Positions 7,123-16,769 are shown, counted from the first letter of the whole stretch. The stretch is DNA of 61,943 bases, filler included, from an uncultured bacterium (GCA_964449065.1; 9 parts of 9 records of this genome joined end to end with filler, not necessarily neighbours in it); one strand, 5' to 3'. Translations and numbers: made by a program. Notes: generated by a model not told the origin, from the sequence alone.

Positions 7123-9384
7123 ATGAGAAAGTTGAGTATTTTTATCGTTTTGGGCATGTTAATTTGCATACAAGTGCAGGCCATTGACCGCGATGGTTTA
7201 GTGGGAGAATGGACCTTTGACGACGGCACGGGTACGGATACCACCGGCAACGGCAACGATAGTTCCGGCGATGCCACGAATGTGGAAGGGATATCCGGCC
7301 GGGCAATGGAATTTGACGGCTCGCAGGGAATGGCGATCGATGCCTTCAGTGATGATTTTGTCTTTGATCAAGGCTTTTCGCTTGAAGTATGGGTGAACCC
7401 GCAAGCCGGTTCGCAAACCATGGTACGCAAAGGCGGGGCGGCGAACTTTTTGATCGAATTGGGTGTAGGCAGAACCAATGATCCCGGTACAACACCACAG
7501 TTCGGTTTCGCGACCGACCAAGTCGGTATTGGTGCCAGCATTGTGACAGGAGATGATCCGCTGCCGTTAGACCGGTGGAGCATGGTTTCCATGACGTACG
7601 ACGGCAGTGTTTTGCGCGGATACGTAAATGGGGAATTGATCGCGGAAAATCCGGTGACCGGCAGCGCGTTGAATGATACTTCACAACCGTTGTTGTTCGG
7701 AAATTTTGGCAGCGAAATCTTTATCGGCGTTTTGGATGAAATCCGAATCTGGAACAAGCCGCTTTCGCAGGAACAGATATTGAACGACTTTGAAGAATTC
7801 GCGCCGAATCTCAACACGAATATCGTTGGAGAATGGTTGTTTGAGGGGGATACCAATGATTCCAGCGGAGAAGGCAATGACGCGACGAATAACGGCGGCA
7901 CCTTTGTTCCCGGTTTGAATGGTGAAGCGATTCACTTTGAAGGCACCCATGCCGTGGTGGAATCGTTCAGCGACGGGTTTGTGTTTGAGGATGAATTTTC
8001 GCTTTCGTTGTGGGTAAAGCCGCAGGGCGGTTCGCAAACAATGATCCGGAAAGGCGGATCGGCAAACTTTCTATTGGAATTGGGTGTGGGCAGAACCAAT
8101 GATCCCGGCACAACGCCGCAGTTTGGTTTTGCCACGGATGAAGTGAATATCGGCGCCAGCATTGTAACCGGCAATACCTCGCTGCCGCAGGAACAATGGG
8201 CGCATTTGGCGATGATTTATGACGGACAGAATTTAAAGGGGTATATCAACGGAATTGAGATCGCCAGCAATCCGGTCACCGGGCTTGGAATTAACGACCC
8301 CTCGCAGTTCTTATTTTTCGGTACTTGGGCATCGGAAGTGTTTTTTGGAGAACTGGATGAAATCCGGATATGGAACCGCGCGCTGCGGGTGCGGGAAATC
8401 GAACAGTTGTTCCTAGAGCACGGCGCCAAACCGGACGTATTTCAATTACAGGTTGGCGAGCGTGATTTCAATGACTTATCTTTCACAGCAGGCAGTCCGT
8501 TGGAAGTTCGTATCAAACTGGAAGGACAAGCGGGTGATGTGACGGTTACTGAGACCCCGCCCGCGGGATGGGATGTATCAAACATCAGCAACGGCGGTAC
8601 GCTCAGCGGGGGGGATATTACATGGAATGTGTCCAAACCTGCTGGACTGTTCACGCTGTCTTATACAGTAACACCACCCGGTGATGCTTCCGGCAATGTA
8701 GAATTTTCCGGGCAAACCGGCAGTGATCCGACGGGCGGTTTTACGACCCTGGTGCCGAGTGAACCGATCGGTATATTTGAAAACCATTTGGATGTGGGCG
8801 AAGTGCTGCCGGACGGCGGCAGCGCCGAATTTTCGGATGGCACGTATACCATCGTGGCGAGCGGGCGCGAAATTTGGAACCACATGGATAATTTTCATTT
8901 TGTATACAACCGCACCGATCAGGATTTTGTATTGACATCGTTTGTCGAGACGTTTCCGCTGGAATCGGCACAAGAATGGCTGAAAGCCGGTTTGGTTGTA
9001 CGCGATACTTTAGCACCGAGTTCATCGTATGCGTTGGTTTATGTGCGCAACGATTTGCAAGTCGGGTTTCAATTCCGCCCACGGTCGAGAATCTATCCGA
9101 ACAGAACGGCTACGTTGTTTGGATTTGACGTGCAGGACGGTGTGATTCAGATTGAGCGGAAAGGATCACTCGTAACCGTTCGCCATCGGGATTTAAACAC
9201 AGGTGAGTTTGTGGATATTGATAGCATGGAGATTGAATTGGAGAACCCGGCATACGTTGGATTGGCGGTTTCGGCGGCCCTGCCCAGCGCGGGCGACGGT
9301 TTGGGTGCGGTGGAAGGAACGTTTAGTGATGTGGAGTTTGAAACATCCGAACCGGCTGGCTTGTTGGATTGGTCGATTTATTAA
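7123..9384 (+). CDS. Secreted protein with two LamG-like jelly-roll domains and a C-terminal beta-sandwich region
   Basis: Signal peptide; two LVGEW.F...W.H..MTYDG...Y.NG...F.G.LDEIRIWN.AL domains; GGAGGA RBS. Confidence 0.85.
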   Translation: MRKLSIFIVLGMLICIQVQAIDRDGLVGEWTFDDGTGTDTTGNGNDSSGDATNVEGISGRAMEFDGSQGMAIDAFSDDFVFDQGFSLEVWVNPQAGSQTMVRKGGAANFLIELGVGRTNDPGTTPQFGFATDQVGIGASIVTGDDPLPLDRWSMVSMTYDGSVLRGYVNGELIAENPVTGSALNDTSQPLLFGNFGSEIFIGVLDEIRIWNKPLSQEQILNDFEEFAPNLNTNIVGEWLFEGDTNDSSGEGNDATNNGGTFVPGLNGEAIHFEGTHAVVESFSDGFVFEDEFSLSLWVKPQGGSQTMIRKGGSANFLLELGVGRTNDPGTTPQFGFATDEVNIGASIVTGNTSLPQEQWAHLAMIYDGQNLKGYINGIEIASNPVTGLGINDPSQFLFFGTWASEVFFGELDEIRIWNRALRVREIEQLFLEHGAKPDVFQLQVGERDFNDLSFTAGSPLEVRIKLEGQAGDVTVTETPPAGWDVSNISNGGTLSGGDITWNVSKPAGLFTLSYTVTPPGDASGNVEFSGQTGSDPTGGFTTLVPSEPIGIFENHLDVGEVLPDGGSAEFSDGTYTIVASGREIWNHMDNFHFVYNRTDQDFVLTSFVETFPLESAQEWLKAGLVVRDTLAPSSSYALVYVRNDLQVGFQFRPRSRIYPNRTATLFGFDVQDGVIQIERKGSLVTVRHRDLNTGEFVDIDSMEIELENPAYVGLAVSAALPSAGDGLGAVEGTFSDVEFETSEPAGLLDWSIY

Positions 9385-9432
9385 AGAGTTTTAGGATTGG
9401 ATAGCGGTAGAATCGGTTTATGATTCGTAGCA

Positions 9433-9460
9433 GTAGGGGCACGTTGCAACGTGCCCCTAC
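9433..9460. repeat. Perfect 28-bp GTAG-type REP palindrome
   Basis: GTAGGGGCACGTTGCAACGTGCCCCTAC equals its own reverse complement. Confidence 0.85.
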
Positions 9461-9538
9461 GATAGATCCTTTAATCCTTTACATCCATGCAGCCTTGCAA
9501 TGTCTCTAACATTTTCTCTTACTGTTGAGTCTTGTATT

Positions 9539-9565
9539 AGCGCGGGTTTAATCCCGCGCTTTTTT
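9539..9565 (+). terminator. Rho-independent terminator
   Basis: AGCGCGGG-tttaat-CCCGCGCT followed by a T run, downstream of the LamG gene. Confidence 0.75.
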
Positions 9566-9667
9566 ATTGGCCGCGTGTGGTTGAAATCACCCCGGTTGTG
9601 CTACTCTTCCTTTTGCCGGCATCCATTGTATGTTCAAATCAAATTTATTGACCAGAGCGAAATGATT

Positions 9668-12600
9668 ATGAAGCGATATTTGTTTCTGTTTTCTATTCTT
9701 GTACTCATCGTTGTGATTTCCCATCCGGTTGCGATGGCACAAGGCTTGCCGTTGGGCGGAATTGGCACCGGAAAAGTTGAGATTTTGCCGAACGGCGGGT
9801 TTGGCGCGTTTACTCTGCATCAAAAGCCTCATGAGCCATTTATGAATGACGGCAGCACCTTTGCCGCGGTGTATGTCAATCAGAAAGGGAATCCCCTGGT
9901 TAAAAAACTGACGGCGAATGATCCACAGGGTTTGGATTCGGTACTGTTTGAAGGGGTGTTTCCAAACGAGCGAATCGTGTATGAGGATGATTTGCTGCCG
10001 GTGACGGTTGTTTTGGAGGCGTTTAGTCCGCTGCTGATTCGAGATGCGGAGAAATCGGCGGTACCGGGAGCGGTACTGCGGTATACGGTAAATAACCACA
10101 GCGCGGAGGAATTGGAAGTTGCGCTTGCTTTATCGTGGCAAAATATAATCGGCGGGGTAATGGCGAACACGCAGACGAAGTTTGAAGCGGGAAAGGTTCG
10201 GCATGATGCGTTTTCATCCGGTGATGAGCATGGAGTAGAGATGCGTTTTGAACCGAAGGATGAGGATTTCATTGGCGGTGATATAACGCTCTTGTGTGTG
10301 GAAGAAGATGATGACAATGTCTCTATTATTCCATCATGGGATGCTTCTTCGAATGATATGTGGATTCGTTTTGCGGCTGAGGGAACATGGGGAGATCCGA
10401 AAGAGAAACGGATTGAGAAGACAGTAACCGAGGCTTCACGGCCGGCGGGCGCGCTTGCAGTGAAACGGAAGCTGGCGGCGAATCGTTCGACAACGTTTAC
10501 GTTTGTTGTGGCATGGCATTCTCCCTCTTGGATCAGTTCGCGTGGGGAGCGATACACGGCACGGTATGCGGATGAATGGGATTCCTCGAAAGATACGGCG
10601 CGGAAATTGGCGGATGACTTTGCGGAAATCCGTGGAGAGATGAATGCTTGGGTAAAGCGGTTGCATGCAGGCGAATTGCCGGAGCCTATGAAAGCGGCGG
10701 TGATGGATGGGTTTAAAGAGTTGATCCGCAAAAGCGTTTGGTTGGAAGATGGCAAGTTCAGCTTGACTACGGACGATGCGGAATGGCAGGGGAATTTAGG
10801 GTCTCCGGAAGAGCGGTTAGCGGCGATGCCGTTTCTGCTGCATTGCTTTCCCAACCTGTTGCGGTCAGAACTGAATATGATGATGGGGCAGCAGTTGGTC
10901 AGCGGAGAGGCTCCTTCTTACATCGGTAGAGCGGGTGACCGTGTCGGCGTGTTGGATGTGGACGGGGCGTTTTTGGGGCGGCCGGATTCGACCATTGCAT
11001 ACGTGTTATTGCTGTATCAGTATTATTTGTGGACGGGGGATCAAGACTATTTGCAGACGATTTATCCCCACATCCGGTCGGCGTTGGGGTGGCTGATTAA
11101 CGAAGATGAAAGCGGTGACGGTGTGCCGGATGGAGAATCTTTTATTGGCGGCACACAAGCAGGGACCCTTTCCATGTGGACGGCGGACACGTATTTGGCA
11201 GCGCTGCGTGTGGGCGATGAGATCGGCGGTTTGATGAATGATATTGAACTGCAAAGCCGATGCTATAAAGCGCGGCAAAGGGTTGTGGAGAATGTGGTCA
11301 GCCAATTGTGGAACGGGAACGCGTTTCATGCGCGGTTTGATCCCGCGAATCCGGTGCAATCGCGAGGGATGCCGCTGTTTCCGGGAACATTTATCGAGCG
11401 GTTGAATGGATGGCAGACGCATTTTCATTCCAACAAAATGAATGTGGGTTTGAAACCGGTTGCGTTGATGTTGGAACAACAAGATTCTGTATTTTCCCAA
11501 AAAATCAGATGGATCAACGCCGGATTGATAGCGGATTATGGATATGGACATCCGCTCCATGAAGCCATGCCCTTCAATGGGATGCCAAGCATGTCGGCTT
11601 GGAATTGGTGGAACCGGTTGACAGGTGTGGGATTGGATATGGCGCGCAAGAGTATTATTGTTGGACCGAAATTCACAACCGACAATGACGAATGGACGTA
11701 TCCGTTGCTTAGTCCTGTGGTGGACGGCACTGTTCATGCCAGCCGGTCTTTGCGTTCCGGAATTGTTGAGTGTGAGATTGTGTTGGAGCAGCAGTGGGGA
11801 GAGCGGAATATCGAGTTGAATGAGATTTCGTTTCTGCCGCGGGGAGACCAAGATCCGAACGATTTTATTTTGTATGTGATGCATGAGGGCGAAGTGTTAA
11901 GCGGGCAGGATTTTGTGCGCGAAGGATTGCGGGTGTTTCGCTTTGCGGAACCGGTGAAGTTTTCGCGTGATGACCGGGTGGTGGTAACGGCTGCTCCAAC
12001 TGAGAGCGGTAAAGTGTTTGCCGATGTATCGTCTGGGCGGATTGTGAATATGGGGGCGAACTGCACGATTGATCCGGTGCGGACGAGTCCGGATCATCTT
12101 TCGTTCCGGCTGATTAACTTGCAACAGGAAAACCAGCTGGTGCGTTTGGACGCGGGCGGCAGCAATGCGGGTAAATTTACCGTGCTGCTGAATGGAAATC
12201 CGTTGGGAAGCGCCGGCGGCGAGATGAGCGCCGTACCGCTGTTTTTGCGCCGCAGCCCGGTGGCCGCGGAGGATTACGCCTGGCTGCAATATGCCCGGAG
12301 TGGATTTGTGGATGCGGTACAGCATATTGAGGCAATCCATTTGCCTTCGCTGCAAAAGCGGTTGTGGGATTTGCAGGAAGAAGTAGAGACCGCGTTTTTA
12401 GCCGATGCGGATTTACGGGGATTTCAGGTGGATATTGTTTCACCGGAAGCGGATGTGGAGATTGACCCGGATGATTTTGCCTATAACCCGCGCAGGGTGA
12501 TGGACGACATCCATGACGCGCGTGAGGCCTTGGATGACTTTTTGAACGACCTGCCTACGCTGGCGCGCGACCCGGTGCTGGCGGCGGAAATCACCGGCTT

Positions 12601-13420
12601 TTTTGTGCCGGTTTATATGCAGCCGGATATCCGGGGGGCGGGACTGAATCAAGAAATGTTCACGGTTGCGGTGGATGTGGAAAACCCGGCGGAACTGGAG
12701 GCGCGGGCGCGGTTGTCGATAGTGATTCCAAACGGATGGCGGTATGAGACCAAAGGTGTGATAGAAAAAGAATTGGATGCCGCTACGGATGGCTTCAACG
12801 CGCGGTTTATCGTAAACCCGAACGCGCGCTTGCAGGAGCAGCGCTACGGCATACGGCTGGTGCTTTCGGGGGCGTGGAAGAATCATGCATACCGGCGGTA
12901 TGCGGATTTGGCGGTGGGGCATAACTTCATCAAAAACTGGATGGTGGCCGGACCGTTCGATAACAACGGTGGGCAGGGATTCGAGAAGCGCTATCAGTTG
13001 GAGTTGAACATCGAGACCAACGAAACGTATAAAGACGGCGAGCGCGATATTGTGTGGAAAGAGATGATCTATCCCGACGGCTATGTGGATTTTAATGTAA
13101 CCTTTGATCCCAAGAATGATGTGGTGGGGTATGGGTACGTGGCTGTACACTCGCCGCGTGAGATGAAGGTGTTCGCGCTGATTGGCGCGGATGAAGGCGT
13201 GAAAGTGTTTCATAACTACAAAGAGATTTACTCGAAATACCGCACATCGTCATCCAAGCCTGGGACGGAGAGGGTACCGCTCAATTTGTTTCAAGGGTGG
13301 AATCATATCTTAGTGAAGGTGCAGGATCACCAGGGGCCGTGGGGCTTTTTTATGGAAATTACCGATTTGCAGGGACGGCCGGTGCCGGAGCTGCGCTATG
13401 CCTTGGATCGCTCGCCTTAA
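9668..13420 (+). CDS. Large secreted GH116-like protein with long C-terminal extension
   Basis: GLPLGGIGTG GH116 N-terminal motif; helical barrel with YQYYLWTGD..YL...YP and DESGDGVPD; C-terminal W.VAGPF...GADEGVKV...GWNHILVKV jelly-roll. Confidence 0.8.
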   Translation: MKRYLFLFSILVLIVVISHPVAMAQGLPLGGIGTGKVEILPNGGFGAFTLHQKPHEPFMNDGSTFAAVYVNQKGNPLVKKLTANDPQGLDSVLFEGVFPNERIVYEDDLLPVTVVLEAFSPLLIRDAEKSAVPGAVLRYTVNNHSAEELEVALALSWQNIIGGVMANTQTKFEAGKVRHDAFSSGDEHGVEMRFEPKDEDFIGGDITLLCVEEDDDNVSIIPSWDASSNDMWIRFAAEGTWGDPKEKRIEKTVTEASRPAGALAVKRKLAANRSTTFTFVVAWHSPSWISSRGERYTARYADEWDSSKDTARKLADDFAEIRGEMNAWVKRLHAGELPEPMKAAVMDGFKELIRKSVWLEDGKFSLTTDDAEWQGNLGSPEERLAAMPFLLHCFPNLLRSELNMMMGQQLVSGEAPSYIGRAGDRVGVLDVDGAFLGRPDSTIAYVLLLYQYYLWTGDQDYLQTIYPHIRSALGWLINEDESGDGVPDGESFIGGTQAGTLSMWTADTYLAALRVGDEIGGLMNDIELQSRCYKARQRVVENVVSQLWNGNAFHARFDPANPVQSRGMPLFPGTFIERLNGWQTHFHSNKMNVGLKPVALMLEQQDSVFSQKIRWINAGLIADYGYGHPLHEAMPFNGMPSMSAWNWWNRLTGVGLDMARKSIIVGPKFTTDNDEWTYPLLSPVVDGTVHASRSLRSGIVECEIVLEQQWGERNIELNEISFLPRGDQDPNDFILYVMHEGEVLSGQDFVREGLRVFRFAEPVKFSRDDRVVVTAAPTESGKVFADVSSGRIVNMGANCTIDPVRTSPDHLSFRLINLQQENQLVRLDAGGSNAGKFTVLLNGNPLGSAGGEMSAVPLFLRRSPVAAEDYAWLQYARSGFVDAVQHIEAIHLPSLQKRLWDLQEEVETAFLADADLRGFQVDIVSPEADVEIDPDDFAYNPRRVMDDIHDAREALDDFLNDLPTLARDPVLAAEITGFFVPVYMQPDIRGAGLNQEMFTVAVDVENPAELEARARLSIVIPNGWRYETKGVIEKELDAATDGFNARFIVNPNARLQEQRYGIRLVLSGAWKNHAYRRYADLAVGHNFIKNWMVAGPFDNNGGQGFEKRYQLELNIETNETYKDGERDIVWKEMIYPDGYVDFNVTFDPKNDVVGYGYVAVHSPREMKVFALIGADEGVKVFHNYKEIYSKYRTSSSKPGTERVPLNLFQGWNHILVKVQDHQGPWGFFMEITDLQGRPVPELRYALDRSP

Positions 13421-13631
13421 GTTCTCCTTAGCGCTTTTTTCAAAGGCAATTCATTCTTCCATGCATCAAAAAAGTGTAAACTATGTCGTCGGTCTAAAAT
13501 GTAAACGATGTTCCAGGTTCTTCAAGGAGGGGGTGATGATCGAGCGGTCAATCACCCTTATACCATTTTCATTTAGGGCATATGTCCGGCCGGGGAAAAA
13601 GAAAGGGGTGTCCTGCCTGCCGATGCCATTG

Positions 13632-13690
13632 TCTCCCCCAAAATGATTGGGGGAGATGTCCGACGTAAGGAGGACAGAGGGGGTGTGAAG
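13632..13690 (+). repeat. C/G-rich hairpin repeat family E
   Basis: CTCCCCCAA..TTGGGGGAGATGTCCGACG..AGGAGGACAGAG; homologue at 45601-45658; start of another copy cut at 27689. Confidence 0.8.
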
Positions 13691-13905
13691 AGAGCCATAA
13701 TCCGTAAAGTATTAGGTCAGCCTTTTGAAGAAAGATTTCCCCTCACAAGACTGGGAGGGGTTAGGGGAGGGTTGATTCGATTCTTTGAGAAAATGCCTTA
13801 ACCCCNNNNNNNNNNNNNNNNNNNNNNNNNNNNNNNNNNNNNNNNNNNNTTAATTAATTAANNNNNNNNNNNNNNNNNNNNNNNNNNNNNNNNNNNNNNN
13901 NNNNN

Positions 13906-14011
13906 AGCCGTAGGCTCCGGGGGATTTTGCGTTGTTGAAAGCGTGCTTCGATCCCCCTTACCCCCCTTAATAAGGGGGGATAACAACAGTCTCTTCGTTG
14001 CGTAACATGAG
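13906..14011 (-). mobile_element. MITE family A shell with alternative cargo (partial)
   Basis: TGCGTAACATGAG at 13999-14011; interior CCCCCCTTAATAAGGGGGG hairpin. Confidence 0.65.
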
Positions 14012-14050
14012 TTAGTAAAGCACTTGCCATCGATATGTTCGTTGTGGGTA

Positions 14051-14485
14051 TTATCGAATCAACCCGGCACCGATGTTGGAGACTTTGATAAACGCCGAGG
14101 ATTCGGATGTATTTCCTTTTTTGTCGGTGGCGGTGACGTGATAATGATGCATGGCGAATTCCGTCTTGCCGTCCATTTCCGTCTCAAAGGTATAAGGGTC
14201 ATCCAACTCGGCCTGCCGGGTATTGCCGTCAACGGTCAGTGTTATGGATTCAAGCCCGTCCGGGTCATGGACGTAAATATACATCTTGTAAGGATCGTTT
14301 CCTTTTAGGTCTTTGCGTTGCGAAAGAAACTTGGTTACAGCATACACCACCGGATTGAGTTTGCCTTTTAGGGTGAGTTTGTCTAGGTATTCAATGTTGC
14401 AGTAGGGCTTATCCATCCAAATGTTGAAGCCGTATAACCCGATGCCCCCAACCACCAGCCACGGAATCACCTTTTTAAGTTTCAT
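14051..14485 (-). CDS. Hypothetical membrane-anchored protein with Ig-like domain
   Basis: N-terminal TM helix; V.DPDGL..ITL.VDG...H.Y.VTATDKKGN beta-sandwich pattern. Confidence 0.65.
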   Translation of the reverse strand: MKLKKVIPWLVVGGIGLYGFNIWMDKPYCNIEYLDKLTLKGKLNPVVYAVTKFLSQRKDLKGNDPYKMYIYVHDPDGLESITLTVDGNTRQAELDDPYTFETEMDGKTEFAMHHYHVTATDKKGNTSESSAFIKVSNIGAGLIR

Positions 14486-14577
14486 CTTTTCTATCCCCCT
14501 TTAATATGATCGATCCAGCCAACAATATCATGGGAATGCAAAGATAGTTGTCTAAAGTTGTGAAATGAAAAAGGAAT

Positions 14578-14672
14578 TAGAGTAATTCAGGTTTGCGTAG
14601 AGGTACAATGTATACATTCATTTACCGGCTGGAAGCCGATGCTACCCGGCTATTCAACTTTGAAACGCTCTA
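14578..14672 (+). mobile_element. MITE family B, 95 bp, copy 1
   Basis: TAGAGTAATTCAGG...TGAAACGCTCTA ends; homologous to 16770-16864 and 36595-36689. Confidence 0.85.
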
Positions 14673-14754
14673 ATCGTAAAATAATTTGGAATGGTTTTTT
14701 GGGTACATTCGGTTATAATATTTTCTTACAATAGAAATTTTAGAAGATGATATC

Positions 14755-15873
14755 GTGAAACTAACAGAGCTCAAAATAAATGGTTTCAAATCGATTTCCC
14801 CGGAAGGTCAAACGATTACTTTTGGTGATATCAATATATTGATCGGCGCGAATGCCTCTGGAAAAAGCAACTTGCTATCTTTTTTTAGTATGTTGAATTA
14901 CATGACCACTCAATCCCTTCAGCTTTTTGTGGGAGAAAAAGGGGGTGCGAATACTCTGCTATATTTTGGTGCCAAGCATACGCCCCGCTTGAGTGCAGAA
15001 TTAATTTTTAAAGAGGATTACAAAGAAGATAACTACTCGTTTGCCTTATCTCATGCGGCAGGTGATACCTTAATATTTACAGAAGAATCTATTGATTGGA
15101 AACTTTCGAATGAATCAACATACAAAAATATAAGTTTAGGAGCGGGGCATAAGGAAACCAATTTGGTTGAGGAGAGTTTGCGTGGTGGTACAGCTAGTAA
15201 AATCGTATTAAATTTACTGCGTAATTGCCGTTTTTTTCACTTTCATGATACGTCTAGTTCTTCAAATATCAGGAACATTTCCCATATAGATGATAATCAT
15301 TATTTGCGGCATGACGCGGGGAACATCGCGTCATTTTTATATGCTTTAAAAAACGCAAAGCGGTTTTACAGTCATTATATTAGAATCGTCGAGCATATTC
15401 AACAAATATTCACTCAATTCTCGGATTTTGTCATAACACCCTCACCTCATAATCCAAATGGTATTCTTTTAAATTGGAGGGGGAAAGATTCTGAATACTT
15501 TTTGGGGCCTCATCAAATCTCAGACGGTTCCCTACGTTTCATCGCGTTGACGACTCTGCTGCTTCAGCCGAAAGAACTTATTCCAAATGTAATTGTGCTT
15601 GATGAACCCGAACTTGGCCTTCATCCTTATGCTATTTCTGTGTTGGCAAGTATGATTCGAATCGCCGCTATTAATACGCAAGTGATTGTCGCCACACAAT
15701 CTCCAAGACTTGTCGATGAATTTGAAACGAAACACATTATCGTTTCGGATTGGAATGAATCAAAACAATGCAGTGAGTTTAGCCGCTTGGATCAGGATTA
15801 TCTTTCGGATTGGCTTGAAGACTATTGCCTAAGTCAATTGTGGGAAAAAAATGTGTTGGGAGGAAAACCGTGA
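14755..15873 (+). CDS. ABC/AAA_21-type ATPase (COG4637-like)
   Basis: Walker A GANASGKS, signature SDGSLRF, Walker B IVLDEPE, ATQS switch; AT-rich. Confidence 0.9.
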   Translation: MKLTELKINGFKSISPEGQTITFGDINILIGANASGKSNLLSFFSMLNYMTTQSLQLFVGEKGGANTLLYFGAKHTPRLSAELIFKEDYKEDNYSFALSHAAGDTLIFTEESIDWKLSNESTYKNISLGAGHKETNLVEESLRGGTASKIVLNLLRNCRFFHFHDTSSSSNIRNISHIDDNHYLRHDAGNIASFLYALKNAKRFYSHYIRIVEHIQQIFTQFSDFVITPSPHNPNGILLNWRGKDSEYFLGPHQISDGSLRFIALTTLLLQPKELIPNVIVLDEPELGLHPYAISVLASMIRIAAINTQVIVATQSPRLVDEFETKHIIVSDWNESKQCSEFSRLDQDYLSDWLEDYCLSQLWEKNVLGGKP

Positions 15874-16586
15874 CCTCCTCCATGAGGCTTAATGTTATTA
15901 CTGAAAGACAGACGGAAGAACAATTTGTCAAAAAAGTATTATCAAAGTATTTAAATATTTCTGTAAACGCACGAAGCGTGTTGACCAGTACAGATCAAGG
16001 TAAACACCGCCCTAACCGTGGGGGGCTTGCAAAATATCATCAAGTAAAATCCGATATAGAAAAATGGTTAAAACAAGAGTCTCGTAAAGACTGTATTTTT
16101 ACATCCATGTTTGACTTGTATCGTTTACCCAATGATTTTCCGGGGTTTCAAGATGTTCAAAGTGTTATGGACCCTTATCAAAGAATACAGAGATTAGAAG
16201 ATGAATTCTATAATGATGTCGCAGATAAAAGATTTATTCCTTATATCCAACTTCATGAATTTGAAGCATTATTATTTGTGAATATAAGAGATTTGCAAAG
16301 TGTTTATATTGAGCATTTTCATCAAATATCCCGATTGGAAAGGATTAAAGAAAGTTTTCAAGGAAATCCAGAACTGATTGATGATGGACCTACTACCGCT
16401 CCTTCCAAAAGAATTCTTCAGGAAATCCCGGAATATAAAAAAGTAATAGGGGGAACGCTTGTTGCACAAAGAATTGGAATACAAAATATGAGAAATCAAT
16501 GCCAACACTTTAATCGTTGGTTGGCTAAAATTGAAGAAAAAAAACATTCATTCTCTTCAATGAGTTCAACTAATCATCAGGTGTAA
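15870..16586 (+). CDS. DUF4276-family protein
   Basis: E.QTEE.FV..VL, MFDLY.LP.DFPG, FIPYIQLHEFEALLF, PELIDDG..TAPSKRI, C.HF..WL motifs; GTGA overlap with ATPase and GGAGGA RBS. Confidence 0.88.
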   Translation: MTSSMRLNVITERQTEEQFVKKVLSKYLNISVNARSVLTSTDQGKHRPNRGGLAKYHQVKSDIEKWLKQESRKDCIFTSMFDLYRLPNDFPGFQDVQSVMDPYQRIQRLEDEFYNDVADKRFIPYIQLHEFEALLFVNIRDLQSVYIEHFHQISRLERIKESFQGNPELIDDGPTTAPSKRILQEIPEYKKVIGGTLVAQRIGIQNMRNQCQHFNRWLAKIEEKKHSFSSMSSTNHQV

Positions 16587-16719
16587 TTTTCTTCTCCTGC
16601 TTGCGCGAATACCCTTTCTTTCCCTTCTTGGTGCTATGCGGGGTTTGCACGGGCTTCCGCGGCCACGTTTTGCGGATTTTCACTTTCTTTTTTTTCGATT
16701 TCACTTTTTTTGCCAACAT
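16570..16719 (-). CDS. Small Lys/Arg-rich protein (~48-49 aa), ArfA-like motif
   Basis: AAGGAGGT RBS directly upstream of ATG/TTG; sequence MLAKKVKSKKKKVKIRKTWPRKPVQTPHSTKKGKKGYSRKQEKKITPDD. Confidence 0.6.
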   Translation of the reverse strand: MLAKKVKSKKKKVKIRKTWPRKPVQTPHSTKKGKKGYSRKQEKKITPDD

Positions 16720-16769
16720 AACCTCCTTACGCAGGCGCTTTAACCCCAACGGGATCACCAAATATTGCC

